The position numbers and the translations under genes are program-made. From Sphaerodactylus townsendi (lineage: Eukaryota), in assembly GCF_021028975.2 (NCBI RefSeq), contig NC_059428.1:40920001-40984000 (forward strand): DNA of 64,000 nucleotides. Direction: 5' to 3'. The notes below the pieces were generated by a model that saw only the letters and a list, made by a program, of their open reading frames with translations, made no database searches and had not been told where the DNA came from. The stretch's first letter is position 1; the number at the start of each line of letters is the position of its first letter. Positions 23,955 through 37,290 of this stretch are shown in pieces.

Positions 23955-26244
23955 GTGAGTTATTTCTTTCCTCTTTTAAAGAACATGCTTTATTTTTCTT
24001 TTTAAATTGATCCTCATGGAAGGTGCTGGCTTAGTTGTTAACAACAGAGCTGAAACAAAGCAGAAAATATTCCCAAGCAAATTTTCCTAGCTTGCAATGA
24101 CTTGAAAAAAATTGTATTTATATCATTCTAATCTGAGTTCTTAAACATTTCGATTTGGGGTACTGTTGGGTTTAGAGATTAGAGAGGCAATGGACTACAG
24201 AATATTGAAAAGTTGACAGAGTGATTCTTAATGTGATGGCTTAAAATTCCCAACTGAGATAAGATTTGGAGCAGAACAGCCTTTCTTTGGATCTGTCTCC
24301 TACTAGACATGCAGAGTTGATCATCAACATTGTCACCATGCACAGCAAGGATTGAATTGCCCCATTTAAAAAAATTTTAATTTGGACAATTTGAAGCTAA
24401 ACAAATCTTTCCATGTGGCTGTAGTGACAACGAAACCTGTTTTCCTATGATACATCCCCATGTGGCTTTTGGTGATATGTGAATAATGCTTGAACCAGTC
24501 TCACCCAGCCTTAACCAACAGGCTGCCAAGGTACTATTTCAGCAAGAATGACACACTTGGTTGCACTACTCATACACAGGGAGGGTAGTATGGCACGATT
24601 GTGGCTTGGGAGTCAAAGTTGACAAAGGGTAATTGCATTAAAGGGAACCATCAGTGTAAGCTTCTGTCTTACTTTGCCATGTTCCTGACTCTGAGACTTG
24701 GTAGTTATGTTGAAGTAGATTCACCTATTTGATCATGTAGGGTTTGTATATAGGGATGCTCAAACATCAACCAGTTCAATTCACATCCTATTTATCAATG
24801 GTGATCAGGCTGCCTATCATCGTTCATCTGTTCACAGGAACAAGCTATGTGCATCCTGATAAAGACATCTCTGAGCTGATGAAAAGATTTGGGGTGGAGC
24901 AGAATCCCAGCTGATTGCAGATATGAACTGAAAATTAGCTGTTTCCCATCCAGGAAACTGGTGTGTCAGAATAGCTTCTGTTCTCCCACCCCTCCAGTTG
25001 CTGGTTGGAGACTAGCAAGGAGAAGCAATGGAGGATTTAAAGCAATCACTTCTGACTGCCAACTTCATTGTGTAGAAATTTTTTTGAGGAGGAGGTACAT
25101 CAGGAGCCCATTTTCAGCTGACCGCCCATAAATTATGTCAGCTTCTAATTTCACACACACTCACACACACCAAACTTTCCTGTGCCCAGAAGAACAAGGA
25201 TAGGATACAGGGAAGTGTTTTGAGATCAGAATCCAACTCCCAGCTGAGCCCCTGATCAGCTGTGAATTGGCTTCTGGCCACTTGTTCAGCATGTATTCAA
25301 GTTGCTTGATGCAAGTCAAACAAACCCTCAAACTGTCTGGGCATGAATACTGAGCACATTACACTTGTCTGCCGAACAGGTTCAATGCAAACTTTGCAAC
25401 ATCTTGTCTTGTATATCTCTTGGAACCACCAGGAAAATCCCAGCTGGTCTATTCATTTCTGGGGAATTCATAGGACAATATCCAAATCACTTCCTGTATA
25501 GATGCTGAACCCCTCTTTGATTTTCAGCCAGGGCAAGAAGCCAGATTCCCATGTATGATCTTAACTTTACATGGAACTCCAATAATGATTCAATATCACT
25601 GTGCTAAGAACAGAAAAACACGGCCTGAATTTACTCTATGATGGTGAAAAACAAAGACTTTCCTAATGTTTTTGCAAAACACTATTAATATTAAGATAAA
25701 TTTGGCATCAGCATCTTCGTTTATGTGATCCCTAACTTTACATCAAAATACTAACCAAGAAAATATTTCAGATAAAACAAGCTCACAACATATTTAAAAA
25801 ATTAGGAGTAGAAAACTTGCCAAAGAATCAGTAGACCAGAGAGATCACTCAGCCATTAGATCTCAGGGAGAAAGGTGAACTCAAGCATCACAGAGGTGTA
25901 GAAGGGAGGTTGAATGAATGGAAATCGTCCAAAAATTCTGAAAGAAATCAAGATGTGAATTTAATGAACCACTGCCCCAAGCATGCAATCTTTTATTAAT
26001 ATTGAGCCTTACACCTGCAGAATACATTGAAGTTAACATTAACAACAGTATGATACACAGGTCCCACCAGAAAGCTACAAAATTACAGTCCAGTCCTGTT
26101 TTCATCAGTATTGTATTGCTAAGAACCAAAAGTTTATATACCTGAAATAATTATGTTACTTGAAAGCAGCTGGGACTACTTGCTGGGAGATGTAGTGTAC
26201 TACTGAAGACAGTGGTGTATCAAACGTATCAGTACTGTTAGGGT

Positions 26245-26452
26245 TAGAGTTGCCAGCTCCATGTTGGGAAATATCTGGAGATTTGGGGTGGAAACCTGAG
26301 GAGGGGAGGGTCTGGGAAGGGAAGGGGTATAATGCCATAGAGACCACCTTCCACAATGGCCATTCTTTCCAGGTGAACTGATCTCTGTTGCCTGGAGATC
26401 AGTTGTAATAGTGGGAGATCTCCAGTCACCACCTGCAGGCTGCCAACCATAG
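26245..26452. mobile_element. hAT-type MITE of the abundant TAGGGTTGCCAG family
   Basis: tagagttgccagctcc...ggtgaactgatctctgttgcctggagatcagttgtaat; further copies at 33583-33792, 35780-36206, 56030-56215, 59875-59995. Confidence 0.75.
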
Positions 26453-26916
26453 TTAATGCCAGCAATAGGTTTCCATGGGTTCCTGATGTCCACAGGCCCA
26501 TCATAGCTCTCCACCCCGCATCATGGCCACCTGTTCCCTCCATCACAGCTTTTCTTTTCTCCCTTCAGCTGTTGCTAGGCTAAAAGGAGCCACATGAAGC
26601 ATTCATGAACTCCTCTAGAATCATAAGTACAAACAGTTCTAAAAAAAAAACATAAGCGTGTCATTCATTGCTCCCAGGCCTTCCAGCTCCACTCCCATCA
26701 GAAAATGGGAGACTGACCCACAAATCCTAGCAAAGCTGCAATGCCTCTTGGCCAGTTGGAAAGGGTGCCAGAAGAAAGCAGCAGAGTTCAACTTTGCTTC
26801 CTTCATTGCCACACCAGGCAATTCTCAAATTGGAAAATTGAAGATTTGACCCTGATGGGGAGAAAGGCCATCTGCCAGGTTGCAGATCTTGGCAGGTGAT
26901 TAAATATCTTCACTTG

Positions 26917-27164
26917 TGACAGCCAGTGTGGTGTAGTGGTTAAGAGCAGTGGACTCTAATCTGGTTAACCAGGTTTCTTTCCCTGTTCCCACGCATAAAG
27001 CCTGCTGAGTGACCTTGGGCTGCTCAAAGTTCTCTCTGAACTCTCTCAGTCCCGTCTACCTCACAAGGTCTCCTTTGTAAGGAAAAGAAAGGAAGGAGTT
27101 TGTAAAGCACATTGAGATTCCTGATGGTTGAGAAAAGTGGGGTATAAATCCAAACTCCTCTTCT
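26917..27164 (+). mobile_element. Squam3-like SINE
   Basis: gacagccagtgtggtgtagtggttaagagc head; gtgaccttgggc; ataaatccaaactcctcttctt tail. Confidence 0.85.
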
Positions 27165-27175
27165 TGTACTACTTA

Positions 27176-27299
27176 GGCCCCTTATGCACGCGCAGAATAA
27201 TGCACTTTCAATCCACTTTCACAATTGTTTGCAAGTCCACATGCAATCAACTGTGAAAGCGGATAGAAAGTTCATTATTCTGCATGTGCGGAAGGAGTG
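27176..27299. mobile_element. Harbinger-type MITE (internally shortened 141-bp family member)
   Basis: ggccccttatgcacgcgcagaataatgcactttcaatcc...cattattctgcatgtgcggaagg; preceded by TTA. Confidence 0.75.
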
Positions 27300-27564
27300 T
27301 CAGATATTCAGGGGTAGTCATATGATTGGAAGGGTGTAACTCTGTTTAGAACAGCTCTGTAGTTCCCCTAATTTCCATTCTCAACTCAGTCATATACTGA
27401 AATGTTGCATTATTCTGCCTATCAGCTAATGAAACACAAAGCAGTTAATGCAATTATTGGTTCCATGAGAAAGAGGCAGTAAATTTCCCTTAACTGAATA
27501 CCAGTCTTCATTCCACAGGATCCTTTGGCATTAGCATTCTATCCAAGACGTTGGAAGAACTATC

Positions 27565-27775
27565 TATTTATCTGTTGCTTTTTTAAAAAATCCCACCCTT
27601 CCTCCTGGGAACTCGGGAACGCACAAACAGTTTTGTCCTCCTCACATCTCTGTAAGGTGAGTCGACTTGCCAAGAACACCCAGTGAACTCTGTGAGTACG
27701 TGTGGACTTGAACCCAAGCCTTCCCACTCCTAGTCAAGTACTCTTAACCACAAGTACTCTTAACCACACTGGCAC
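27565..27775 (-). mobile_element. Old MIR/CORE-like SINE
   Basis: gacttgccaagaacacccagtgaact...ggacttgaacccaag...actcttaaccacact. Confidence 0.6.
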
Positions 27776-30194
27776 AGTGCTTTTGTGAATATATGGTTAG
27801 ATGTCTTTTATGCTGCAACGTGATATTGATGAGTCACATTTATTATGTGATCTTCTATAATCACTAAATTTGGGCAGTAAGCAGTAAGATGGCAGATAAA
27901 TGAGAAAACAAAGAAACCTCCACCAGTCTATACCTGCCAACTATTCTTATTTAATAATGAGCTCTAGATTAGCTTCTGCCTCTAAGGAGAGAAATCAAAT
28001 CTTTATGGGTAGTATGCTGGAAGCCGCCAATGGAGAATGGAGAATTCTAGATTCACAAGACAAAGCCACTATGAAAATTCAGTCTTGAGATCAAAAAAGA
28101 GAGGATCAAACCAACCTTAATATATGCTAAAAATTGAATTTTTTTTTCTACTTGGTGTCTTTGTTGCCATTCTGTTCAGCTGCTGCCAAAGGGAAATACT
28201 TAATGAAGTGTATTTTTTCTTTGCAGCTGGTATCATGCTCAATGAAATACTCAGTGTTTTGTTTTTTGTCTGTTTTCATTTCTGTGATTTACTTTGGGAC
28301 CTATTTGACCTCCCACTGGATTAATAAACAACATGTTTGGTTGGAGTTTTAAATACACAACAGACACACAATAGACACAATCAGTCACAAGTAAATTGGA
28401 AAATAATCTGGCACTATTTTCCTGGATGTGGAGCACAATCTTAATAGTCATTCATGGTACATAATTCCCTAGTTATTACTGAAAGAATTTTGCATTGGTT
28501 GTTCAGCTGGCAGAATGTTTCTGTCCTTCAGGAACTCTGGGTCACCAGAGTATACTTCTGCACTAGATTCGCAGAAAAGGTCTTGTAATGTGTGTCCTAC
28601 AGACATGCACAGACGTAACAGTCATCAGACTTGCAGCACTGGGAATAGAGTTTATAGTCCCAGTGATGCAAGCTGTTGACCACCCAGGTGGCAGACAGAA
28701 GTGGAAAAAAGGATATCAGTGAATATTTAACAAGAGGGTCACTTACATCTTCATTTTTTTTAAAAAAACACCAGACTTGACAAGCATTTCAGTGCATCTA
28801 AACACTATCTGTATTGTCTGTATTAGAGATTTAAATTAGTTCCGCCTGCAAATTGAACCAGGGTCAATTGTTATGACTCCCAAATGAATGGGCTTTGGAA
28901 AATTTGATACTATGCAAATCAAAGAATTTCAGCATTATCACTGTACTACAATGAGCAGGAAGAAGCCATGTAAGTTACAGCTATTTTCGCTCTGTAATAC
29001 AGATGTGCTTTTGAACAGAAATGATTGTAATAGTCAATGAACCTTCTTGTTCAAAGAAGGAAAGCAGATAAACATCTCAAATAATATATAATAAAAGATA
29101 ACAGTTTCATTTGAAACAGTGTTTTGGGAGCTCTGATGTTCCATAGAGCAATGGACACAAAGCACATGGGGCAATACCTTTAAGAAGATGATTTCATTGA
29201 TATACCGTGCACCCCATGCCAAAAGGTGCCAGGAAACAGACCACATCTTTCATATGTCATTTACGAAAAACTTATCTGAGAAAAGTCTGGTTCATTAGCC
29301 CCAGTTGTCTTCAGCTAAACTTAACGAGGACTGCTTTGTTTTTATGCCAGGAGGGGGTCTCTTATTATTTTGACAGAATGAGAGCTACAAATTACCATCA
29401 CTCATCTACAAAGTTGTAGTGAAGGATACTAGATACTGGCATTTTCAGGCTGGTTAAGAAATACATTGTCAGTTCCAAAAATAACTGCAATTTTTTGATT
29501 CCTTTTCAAGTGGATGGAATTGATCTTTGAAAAGATTATTTTTTTTCCTTCAAAAACTAAAATTTCAGAAACATTTGAGATGAAACATTCTTTTAAAAAA
29601 ATGTGTAAATGTTTTATTTTGTTTGGACATCCCGGAGACATTTTGTTTTGACTTGCTGAAACAAAATGTTTTGACTCAACTCTCATTGGCTTAGAACAGC
29701 CATAAAGACTACATTTTTTTGAATATGTTGAGCTAATAACTATTTCAAGACACAATTACAGGATTCACTCAGCACATCATCAAAGTGGAGAGCTGAAATC
29801 TCAATCCAAGCTGTAGACCCTGAGGTTATTCTCCCACTACCATACTGCAGATAATAACAGTGACTAGATTTCTCCAATCTCATAGTTATGTGATTTTTCT
29901 TTTTTGCTTCTTGCCAATTCGCTTCTGCGACCAGAAGTCACAATTTACTGCAGGTTGCAACCATTCAAAAAAATGTTTAAGACAATTCATTACATATAAT
30001 TGAGTTCTGCTTTAATCACATATGTTGCAAAACCTAAAGTGCCGTGCAGCCAAAACCACCACGCTTTGAAGCCCTATTGATTTCAATGTGATACTTAAAC
30101 ATCATCTTAAATCTCTTCCAGTGAAATTAGTGGGACTGAACATGCTTGCTTCAGTGGGATCAGTCTTCTGCATGATGCAGCTAAAAGCCTAGAA

Positions 30195-30624
30195 CAGTGA
30201 TGGCAAACTTTTTCGAGACCGAGTGCCCAAACTGCAACCCAAAACCCACTTATTTATCACAAAGTGCCATCATGGCAATTTAACCTGAATACTGAGGTTT
30301 TAGTATAGAAAAAACGGTTGGCTCCAAGGCGCGCGTTACTCGGGAGTAAGCTTGGTGGTAGTCGGTGGCTTTGCTTTGAAGCAACCAAGCTTACTCCCAG
30401 GTAAAGGATTGCGCTTTAGTTCTTCCCATGAAAATCAGTGGGGTTTAACAACGCTTAACAGGGTTACCTACACTGCTTCCCCAAAACTAGGTTTTAGGTT
30501 TAATGCTAATAATCTCCCTGAAATAATTACACTATTATCACATGATGAACTCTGTGCACACGTGCCCACAGAGAGGGCTCTGAGTGCCACCTCTGGCACC
30601 CGTGCCATAGGTTCGCCACCACTG
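30195..30624. mobile_element. Non-autonomous hAT-Charlie element (CAGTGATGGCGAACC-type TIR), 430 bp
   Basis: cagtgatggcaaact...ggcacccgtgccataggttcgccaccactg; imperfect 8-bp TSD GCCTAGAA / ACCTGGAA. Confidence 0.85.
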
Positions 30625-31089
30625 ACCTGGAAGCTTTAGTGAGATCAGTCTTTCCACATGACGTAGCTAAAAGCCTCATTGATGAATATTATGTAGTACA
30701 TTTTTAAAAAATGAGATTCTCCTTGAACCAAAAAGGCTATGCTGTCAGATGGCCAATCAACCATCCTTTGTATCAAAGTCTGATGATAGTAATTTAGATT
30801 TCAACCCATATGTGTACCGTTAATGACTATCAAATTTAAGATCCTGACCACTTGTAATATGATACCACTCATAAACTGATTTGCTTCAGTTTCAAATCAC
30901 AAAAGTCAAGTGTACTGTGTATTTCAAGGATTTTTTTCAGTGTATGTTTTCTGACTTTGATTTTTTTCATTTTAATGATTCTGTTAAAAACATAGTTTCT
31001 CTTATACTATCACTGCATAGACTTGGGTATCACATTTTTCATCTCTGTATTCTAAATCGAATTATGATGACAACCTAAATGATCCAATG

Positions 31090-32960
31090 CTCTTGATTTT
31101 CCAGAATGGGAGCCAGTTCTGTGTTCAGAGATAGAGAACTTTGTACTCAGAAGTCTGCTGGTCCTGATGGCATCCCAACAAAATGTACTGGTAATAATAT
31201 GAACTGGTGGGTATCTCTTTTGGCCAAGCTTTTTACCTGAATGAATTCTACTGGTGTGATTCCCCTTGAATGGTGTTCCAGTGTAATTGTTCCCATCTAT
31301 AAAGCTAGAGATAAGGATAACCCTAAAATTTTTCGACCTATTAGTTTGTTGTTGATAATTGGTAAGATCTATGCAGCATTTTTATTGAACAGACTTCAGT
31401 CTTGGATGGCCAACTCCAAGATCATTGGCCCAGAACAAATGAGTTTTTGAAAGGGATACAGCACACTTGATCACTGCCATGTGTTATCCCACTTGAATAG
31501 TAAGTATGCCATCTCATAGAAGGGCTTTTTATATTCAGCTTTTATAGATCTTTCCTATGTATTTGACTCAATATCTAGAACCTGACTATAAGCTAAACTG
31601 AAACAATTGATTGTGGTTAATTTAAAAAATGTATACTGATTCTTCAGCCTAAGTGTGGTATAATAGAGAGCGTTATTTAACTACCCCTTTTCTCATTGTC
31701 CAGGGGTTAGACAGAGGTGCCTTTTAGTGCCATCTTGATTTAATTTATACCTGTCCTATCTGCCAGCTTTTTAAAACAATCCTTCTCATTCATCTAAATT
31801 ACTGGATATTTCAGTCCCTCTTTTACTGTATGGAGACGACTCAGTTTTACTTTCCTGAACCCAGGTTGGTCTTCTTTGGGCTGTAAGAAGGTTCCAGATT
31901 TATTGTTTGCATGATGAATTATCTATAAATTTTACTAAAACTAAAACTATTTAGTTTTCTCCTCACTCTTCAATCAAAAAAGAAACATGTGGAAGTTTTT
32001 TCAGGTTTCCTCATTTAGGTGTTTTGGAGATGTCATAAACAGTTGGCCATTCAGAACTTTATGGCTAGCATTAAGGAAATAATGTGTTTTTTTCTTATCA
32101 AATGGGGCTTATTATTTGTCTGCAGCTATTACAGTATTTAACTCAATGGTGATTTTACAACTTGTATACAGGACCCCTAAATGCATTTCTGCTGTAGACA
32201 ACTCTATAAATAGAGTGCAGTCCTTGTTCCTTCAGGTAATTGGGGAATCAGAGTTGGGACTTAGCTCAATAGATGCTTGTTTCTGGGTACATGCCTATAA
32301 ATTCTGGTTTCGTTTATTCTTTGAGGCCCCTGAGGGAAGCTTGGTGAGCTTAACCCTCAGGGACTCTAATAGAGCTCCCTTGCTCCAGCTTTTTGAACAC
32401 ACGTTATCACTTGTAAATCTGAAGGTGGAGGACCTTTTCTCTTTTTCTGTAGATCAATGTAAAAACATGTGGTCCAATTGATCTATGCTAGAGATTAGAG
32501 TTATACGCATTTTGGTGCTCAGAGGACATGCTTTCCACGTGCCCTGGGCCTTCCATCTAAGGGTAATCTTCCTCCCTATTTGGACTCTCTGGTTACTTTA
32601 AAGTTATGTAGAATCTTTATGCATGCAACATTTAATGGCTCTTTTTCAATGGTATTGGTGGGTCAGCTGCTAAAGATCCCTTTTTCAGACAATGTCCCTC
32701 CCCCTTCAGTCAGTGGACACTTTTGGTACATATCCTTTTGCAATGCCCTTATGTGTCCCAAATGACATTAAAATGGATTGTACCATGCTTTAATAAATTC
32801 TCCATGCTGTCTTGAGCAACTTTATAGCAAAAGGTTCAGGACTTCTTAGAGGACTCTGACCCTCATCATACTTATTTTGCTGCTTTTTTCTTAGAGGCTG
32901 CAGAGAAGAGTTGAAGGGAGGTGTTTTTACATATCGGTATTATGGTTTTATTGTTCAAGA
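31090..32960 (+). mobile_element. Degenerate non-LTR retrotransposon RT region (RTE-X-like)
   Basis: KSAGPDGIP; VIVPIYK...FRPISLL..IGKIYA; AFIDLSYVFDSI; GVRQRCLL; LLYGDD motifs with many stops and frameshifts; clade call is by inspection only. Confidence 0.85.
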
Positions 32961-33582
32961 CTTTAGTTCAAGAACTGGGGGTTTGAAAAAAATGTAAACA
33001 ACGAAGGCCATTGGAACTAAATATAGGGGACAGAGGTAAAAGAGATATAAGAATAATCTTAATTTGACCAATGAAAACCAAGAGGATTCTAATCTGATGA
33101 TTAACTTTAGCCAAATGTTATTTGTGTAGCCTGAAAGGAAATGGTATTAGCCATTAACAGATGGTTCGATCCCTGTTGTATTCAGCTACCAATCAAGATG
33201 TCAAGTTCTCAAGTTGTGTCTTGATCTTCCTAGTTGAAACTGAATTAAACACTGTTTATACAGTAATTCAACTCAAAACATTGCAAAATAAGCAATTCAT
33301 TAGTTCACAGAGACAGCAAAGAGAATGTTAAATTTTCCTAACTCAACTTGATGTAATGTAGCATGCATAAACAAAACAGATTGCAAAACAGACAGCATCT
33401 TAGTGTGGGAAAACTAGCTTCTTTCCCTCTTTCTGTGAAATTAAAGCTGTAAAAACTACCACTTGTAAATACGCTCAGCTCTGCTGAGTAAACTATACTA
33501 CCTTTGTACTTTAATATAAACCACAAAAAGAACCAACCCAGCAGAACTGAACACTGAATGTTTCCTAAATGAAAGGTTTATG

Positions 33583-33792
33583 TTAAGGTTGCCAGCCTTC
33601 AGGTGGGAGATCTCCCAGAATTACAACTGGTCTCCAGATGATGGAGGGCAGATCCCCCAGAAAAAAATGTCTGCTTTGGAGGATGGCCTCTATGGCATTA
33701 TTTCCCGCAAAGGTCCCTTCCATCCTCAAAACCTGCCTTCCCCAGACTCCATCCCCAATCTGCAGGGATTTCCAAACAGGAGTTGGCAACTC
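33583..33792. mobile_element. hAT-type TAGGGTTGCCAG-family MITE
   Basis: taaggttgccagcc...ggagttggcaactct ends. Confidence 0.75.
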
Positions 33793-34827
33793 TTTGAAAG
33801 ACATAATTACAGCAGGAATTTTTTTTGCCTAAGTCTTGAGGCCATTTATTGAACACAACCAAGACTGACAAATCATATGATGTCTGCCTCAATCCCCCTG
33901 CAAGGTAAACTGAAGAAGTCATAGGTGGCCAGGTCCATATAGAAAAATCCAAAAATATTTATAACATTCTGATCCAGAGTCTACCTATCTTTACTGATAT
34001 AGCTGCCTATTCTTTTCTAAAACACTAAACTGGAAGCAGAAAATCTCTTGCTGATTTACTTTATCAGCATTTTTATCATTGACACTAAAATGGGTTTAGA
34101 TTGGAGTAACTTCATAATCTAATATTTAAATTGACTAATGTCAGCAGCTTTACCCTTGCTAGTTTCATGTATGCCTTGCTAGTTTCATGTATGCCATGCC
34201 AGCATATCAATTTCATTGTTATCAATGCCTGCCTATTTTCTATGGAATGGCAGCAGAAGTCTATGGAGCATGGGGCATTGCTACCTCTGAGATGTTAATA
34301 TGGGTAGCACTTCATCCATCCTTTCCATCAGGCTTTGGGAAAAACCCAATGAAGGACAGGAGTGAGTGAACACTTTCTCCCCTACAATGTATTCTATCCC
34401 AGAGCACAATTGACAAGTTGCTTCCACAAATCCAGAAACACAAACTGAAACATTCCATACCATACTTTGGATATTACTATAATCCCCAAGCAACTGCAGG
34501 GGGTTGTCTACTTGGAATTACCTGGGGATGTCAGATAAGTAACCTTGATAAGGATGAACATGTGTGATAATAATACTTAAAACACCCATTTATATAAATC
34601 AAAAATTTCAAAAATGTGTTCACATAAATTCCTCAACTGGGATATTGTCTCAAAATAGGGCAGAACAACTGAACTGATAGAATTTATATCAAAGGTTTGG
34701 AAATCACCCTACATGGAGGGAGAATCTTCTTCCATATATAAAAATTCCTAATCAATTAAATCCATGTGAAAGTAGAATATGGAAGGAAAAGCAGCATGGC
34801 ATATGGAAGGAAAGTAGCCAGTCTCAT

Positions 34828-35420
34828 CAGCCAAGGCGTAGGGGGGCAAAATGGCACTGGACCCACTCCCCCACAAATCCGCTGCTGGGGCCCTGCCCCC
34901 ACAACCCACCATGGCTTGCTGTAGGCCCCTGAGCCTCACCCCCTGGTCTACACGGAAGTCATTCTTTTAGCAGGCCCAGTCCTTGGACTGTCTTTTCCAG
35001 TTATGGTGATCATTTCAACAACATACCCATGAGCCTTTGCTAAATTGTAATTTGCATATTTAGCAAAGGCTCATGGGTATGTTGTTGAAATGGTCACCAT
35101 AACTGGAAAAGATCATCCAAGGCAGGACTGGGCCAGCTAAAAGAAAGACCTTGACATCCCACCCCCGCCCACCCCCACTTAATGTTGTTCAGCCAGCAGC
35201 TGGCTGCGCCTGCTCTGGCCGAGGCAGCCGCCATCCCCTCTACCTGATAGAAATGGTGGCTGCGCCTGCTCCGTTGGGCAGAGGGGGTGTGGCCTTGTGG
35301 CCACCAGGCAGAAGTGTGGGGGTGATTTTGCATCCCTCCCATGTGACTCCCACAGGGCGCCTCCCACAGGGCACCTGGGGTGTTTGACCCCAGATGTTCC
35401 CATGGCAGCTACACCACTGC
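34828..35420. mobile_element. Probable hAT-type non-autonomous element with central near-perfect palindrome
   Basis: Right end gcagctacaccactg, left end degraded (ccaaggcgtagggggg); central inverted repeat 34991-35112. Confidence 0.55.
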
Positions 35421-35590
35421 TCATCAAATTTCAGAAGCTAAGCAGGGTTTATACTCGGAAGGGAGACCACCAAGAAAGATTCTGCAGAGGAAGGCAATCA
35501 CAAACCACATCTGCCTCTCACTTGCCTAGAAAGCCCTTTGCTGGGGTTACCATAAGTCCCCTGTGACTTGACAGCACTTTACACACACAC
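35421..35590 (+). mobile_element. 5S-derived Sauria-type SINE with (AC)n tail
   Basis: ctcatcaaatttcagaagctaagcaggg...ggaagggagaccacc...gacttgacagcactttacacacacac. Confidence 0.8.
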
Positions 35591-35779
35591 AAGGAGAATA
35601 TAGTGGCCAGTCATAGGGTGCCATAAATATAGACCAAATTTATTATAATCCAATTATATATTTGATAATAATTTACCTGACCAGAAGAACTATCAAATAA
35701 TGTGACAAAGAGACCAGCTGATTTAGTGAGCACATGTGACCTTCAGCAGGGGGATGTGGGTAGACCTTGAGGGTGGTTG

Positions 35780-36206
35780 GATTGCCAGCTCTGGATTGGG
35801 AAATTCCTGGAGATTTGAAGGTGGAGCTTAAAGTGGGTGGTGCCAACTCCTGGATGGAAAATACTTGGATATTTTGGAGGTGGAAGTTGGAAAGGGGAGG
35901 CTTTGGTGAGGAGAGGGACCTCTGCAGGGTACGATGTCTTAGAGTCCACCCTCCAAAGTAGCCATTTTCTTCGGATGAATAAATCTCTATTGTCTGGAAA
36001 TCAGTTGTAATTCCAGGATATCTCCAGGCCCCACCTGGAGGTTGGCACTCTACTGGAACTTGGGAAGGGCAGGGTTTTGGGAAGGGAGGAACCTTAGTGG
36101 GGTACCAGTCCACCCTCAAAGCAGCCATTTTCTCCAGGGAAGTACCTTGTAACCTGGACATCCATTGTTATTCCAAGAGCCAGCCCCACCTGCGATTGGC
36201 AACCCT
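35780..36206. mobile_element. Cluster of nested or adjacent TAGGGTTGCCAG-family hAT MITEs
   Basis: gattgccagctctggattggg...ggaggttggcactcta, then a second body ending ttggcaacccta. Confidence 0.7.
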
Positions 36207-36805
36207 AGGGGGACTAGGCTGGATAAAGGACTTTGAAAGGAGAAAATCTGGTATTGTTCAGGGCTTCATAAGCACTCTTTCTGAACTTCGATTAGGTAGG
36301 AGATACCAGTGAGGTAACTGGGCTTGCACTATGAGACTGATGTTGAGACAAGGAAATCTCCTGGGCAGCACTGTAGCTAACAAAGGTGAATCATGCCTCA
36401 GATGGCCGTAGAACAAGAAAATTGATTTAGCAAAGTAAACCAAGATGGCTCAAGCAAGTTGCACCACAATGGAAGGTTGACAGATAAGCAACCAATCTGA
36501 CCTGGAGAAATATTACCTCCTGGTCCTAAATTAATCAAAATGCAAAAAGGGATTTGAGAGCATTCTTCAGTGAAAAAAGAATGAGCAAAGCATTGTTGGT
36601 GTCTAGGCAATAAGGGTGTGTGAAAAGAGAAGATAACCTTTATCAGAAAGAGGGCTGGAATCTGTCTGAATTAAGCTAAAAAAGTTTCTCATTTACTATG
36701 ATGAATTTAAGAGCAGGTCTTAAACAAAAGCTTGAGGGAGTCATTAAGGAAAATGCATGGATGTACATTTAGCTAAAAAGTAAACTGCCTTCTTATGAAA
36801 GTAAA

Positions 36806-36945
36806 ACCGCTAGCTTCAAGTCCACTAACACGGTGCAGACCAACAAGATTTTCTGAGTATAAGTTTTCAAGAGTCAAAGATTCCCGAGTCCATTGTTATT
36901 GGACACAAATCTAGCTGTTCTTCTACAGACCAACACAGCTATCTT
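36806..36945. mobile_element. Penelope-derived short repeat
   Basis: caagtccactaacac...agaccaacaagattttctgagtataagttttcaagagtcaaag...agaccaacacagcta; related fragment at ~15310-15400. Confidence 0.5.
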
Positions 36946-37001
36946 GTGAAATTTACATAAGTAAGACTATTTACATAAGCAAGTAAGACTTACTTACATA
37001 A

Positions 37002-37290
37002 GTGTAGGAGGTTAAGAGCTCGTGTATCTAATCTGGAGGAACCAGGTTTGATTCCCAGCTCTGCCGCCTGAGCTGTGGAGGCTTATCTGGGGAATTCAGA
37101 TTAGCCTGTACACTCCCACACACGCCAGCTGGGTGACCTTGGGCTAGTCACAGCTTCTCAGAGCTCTCTCAGCCCCACCTACCTCACAGGGTGTTTGTTG
37201 TGAGGGGGGAAGGGCAAGGAGATTGTAAGCCCCTTTGAGTCTCCTACAGGAGAGAAAGGGGGGATATAAATCCAAACTCTTCTTCTTCTT
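37002..37290 (+). mobile_element. Young Squam3-like SINE, slightly 5'-clipped, (CTT)n tail
   Basis: About 96% identical by manual comparison to the reverse complement of 44757-45037. Confidence 0.9.
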
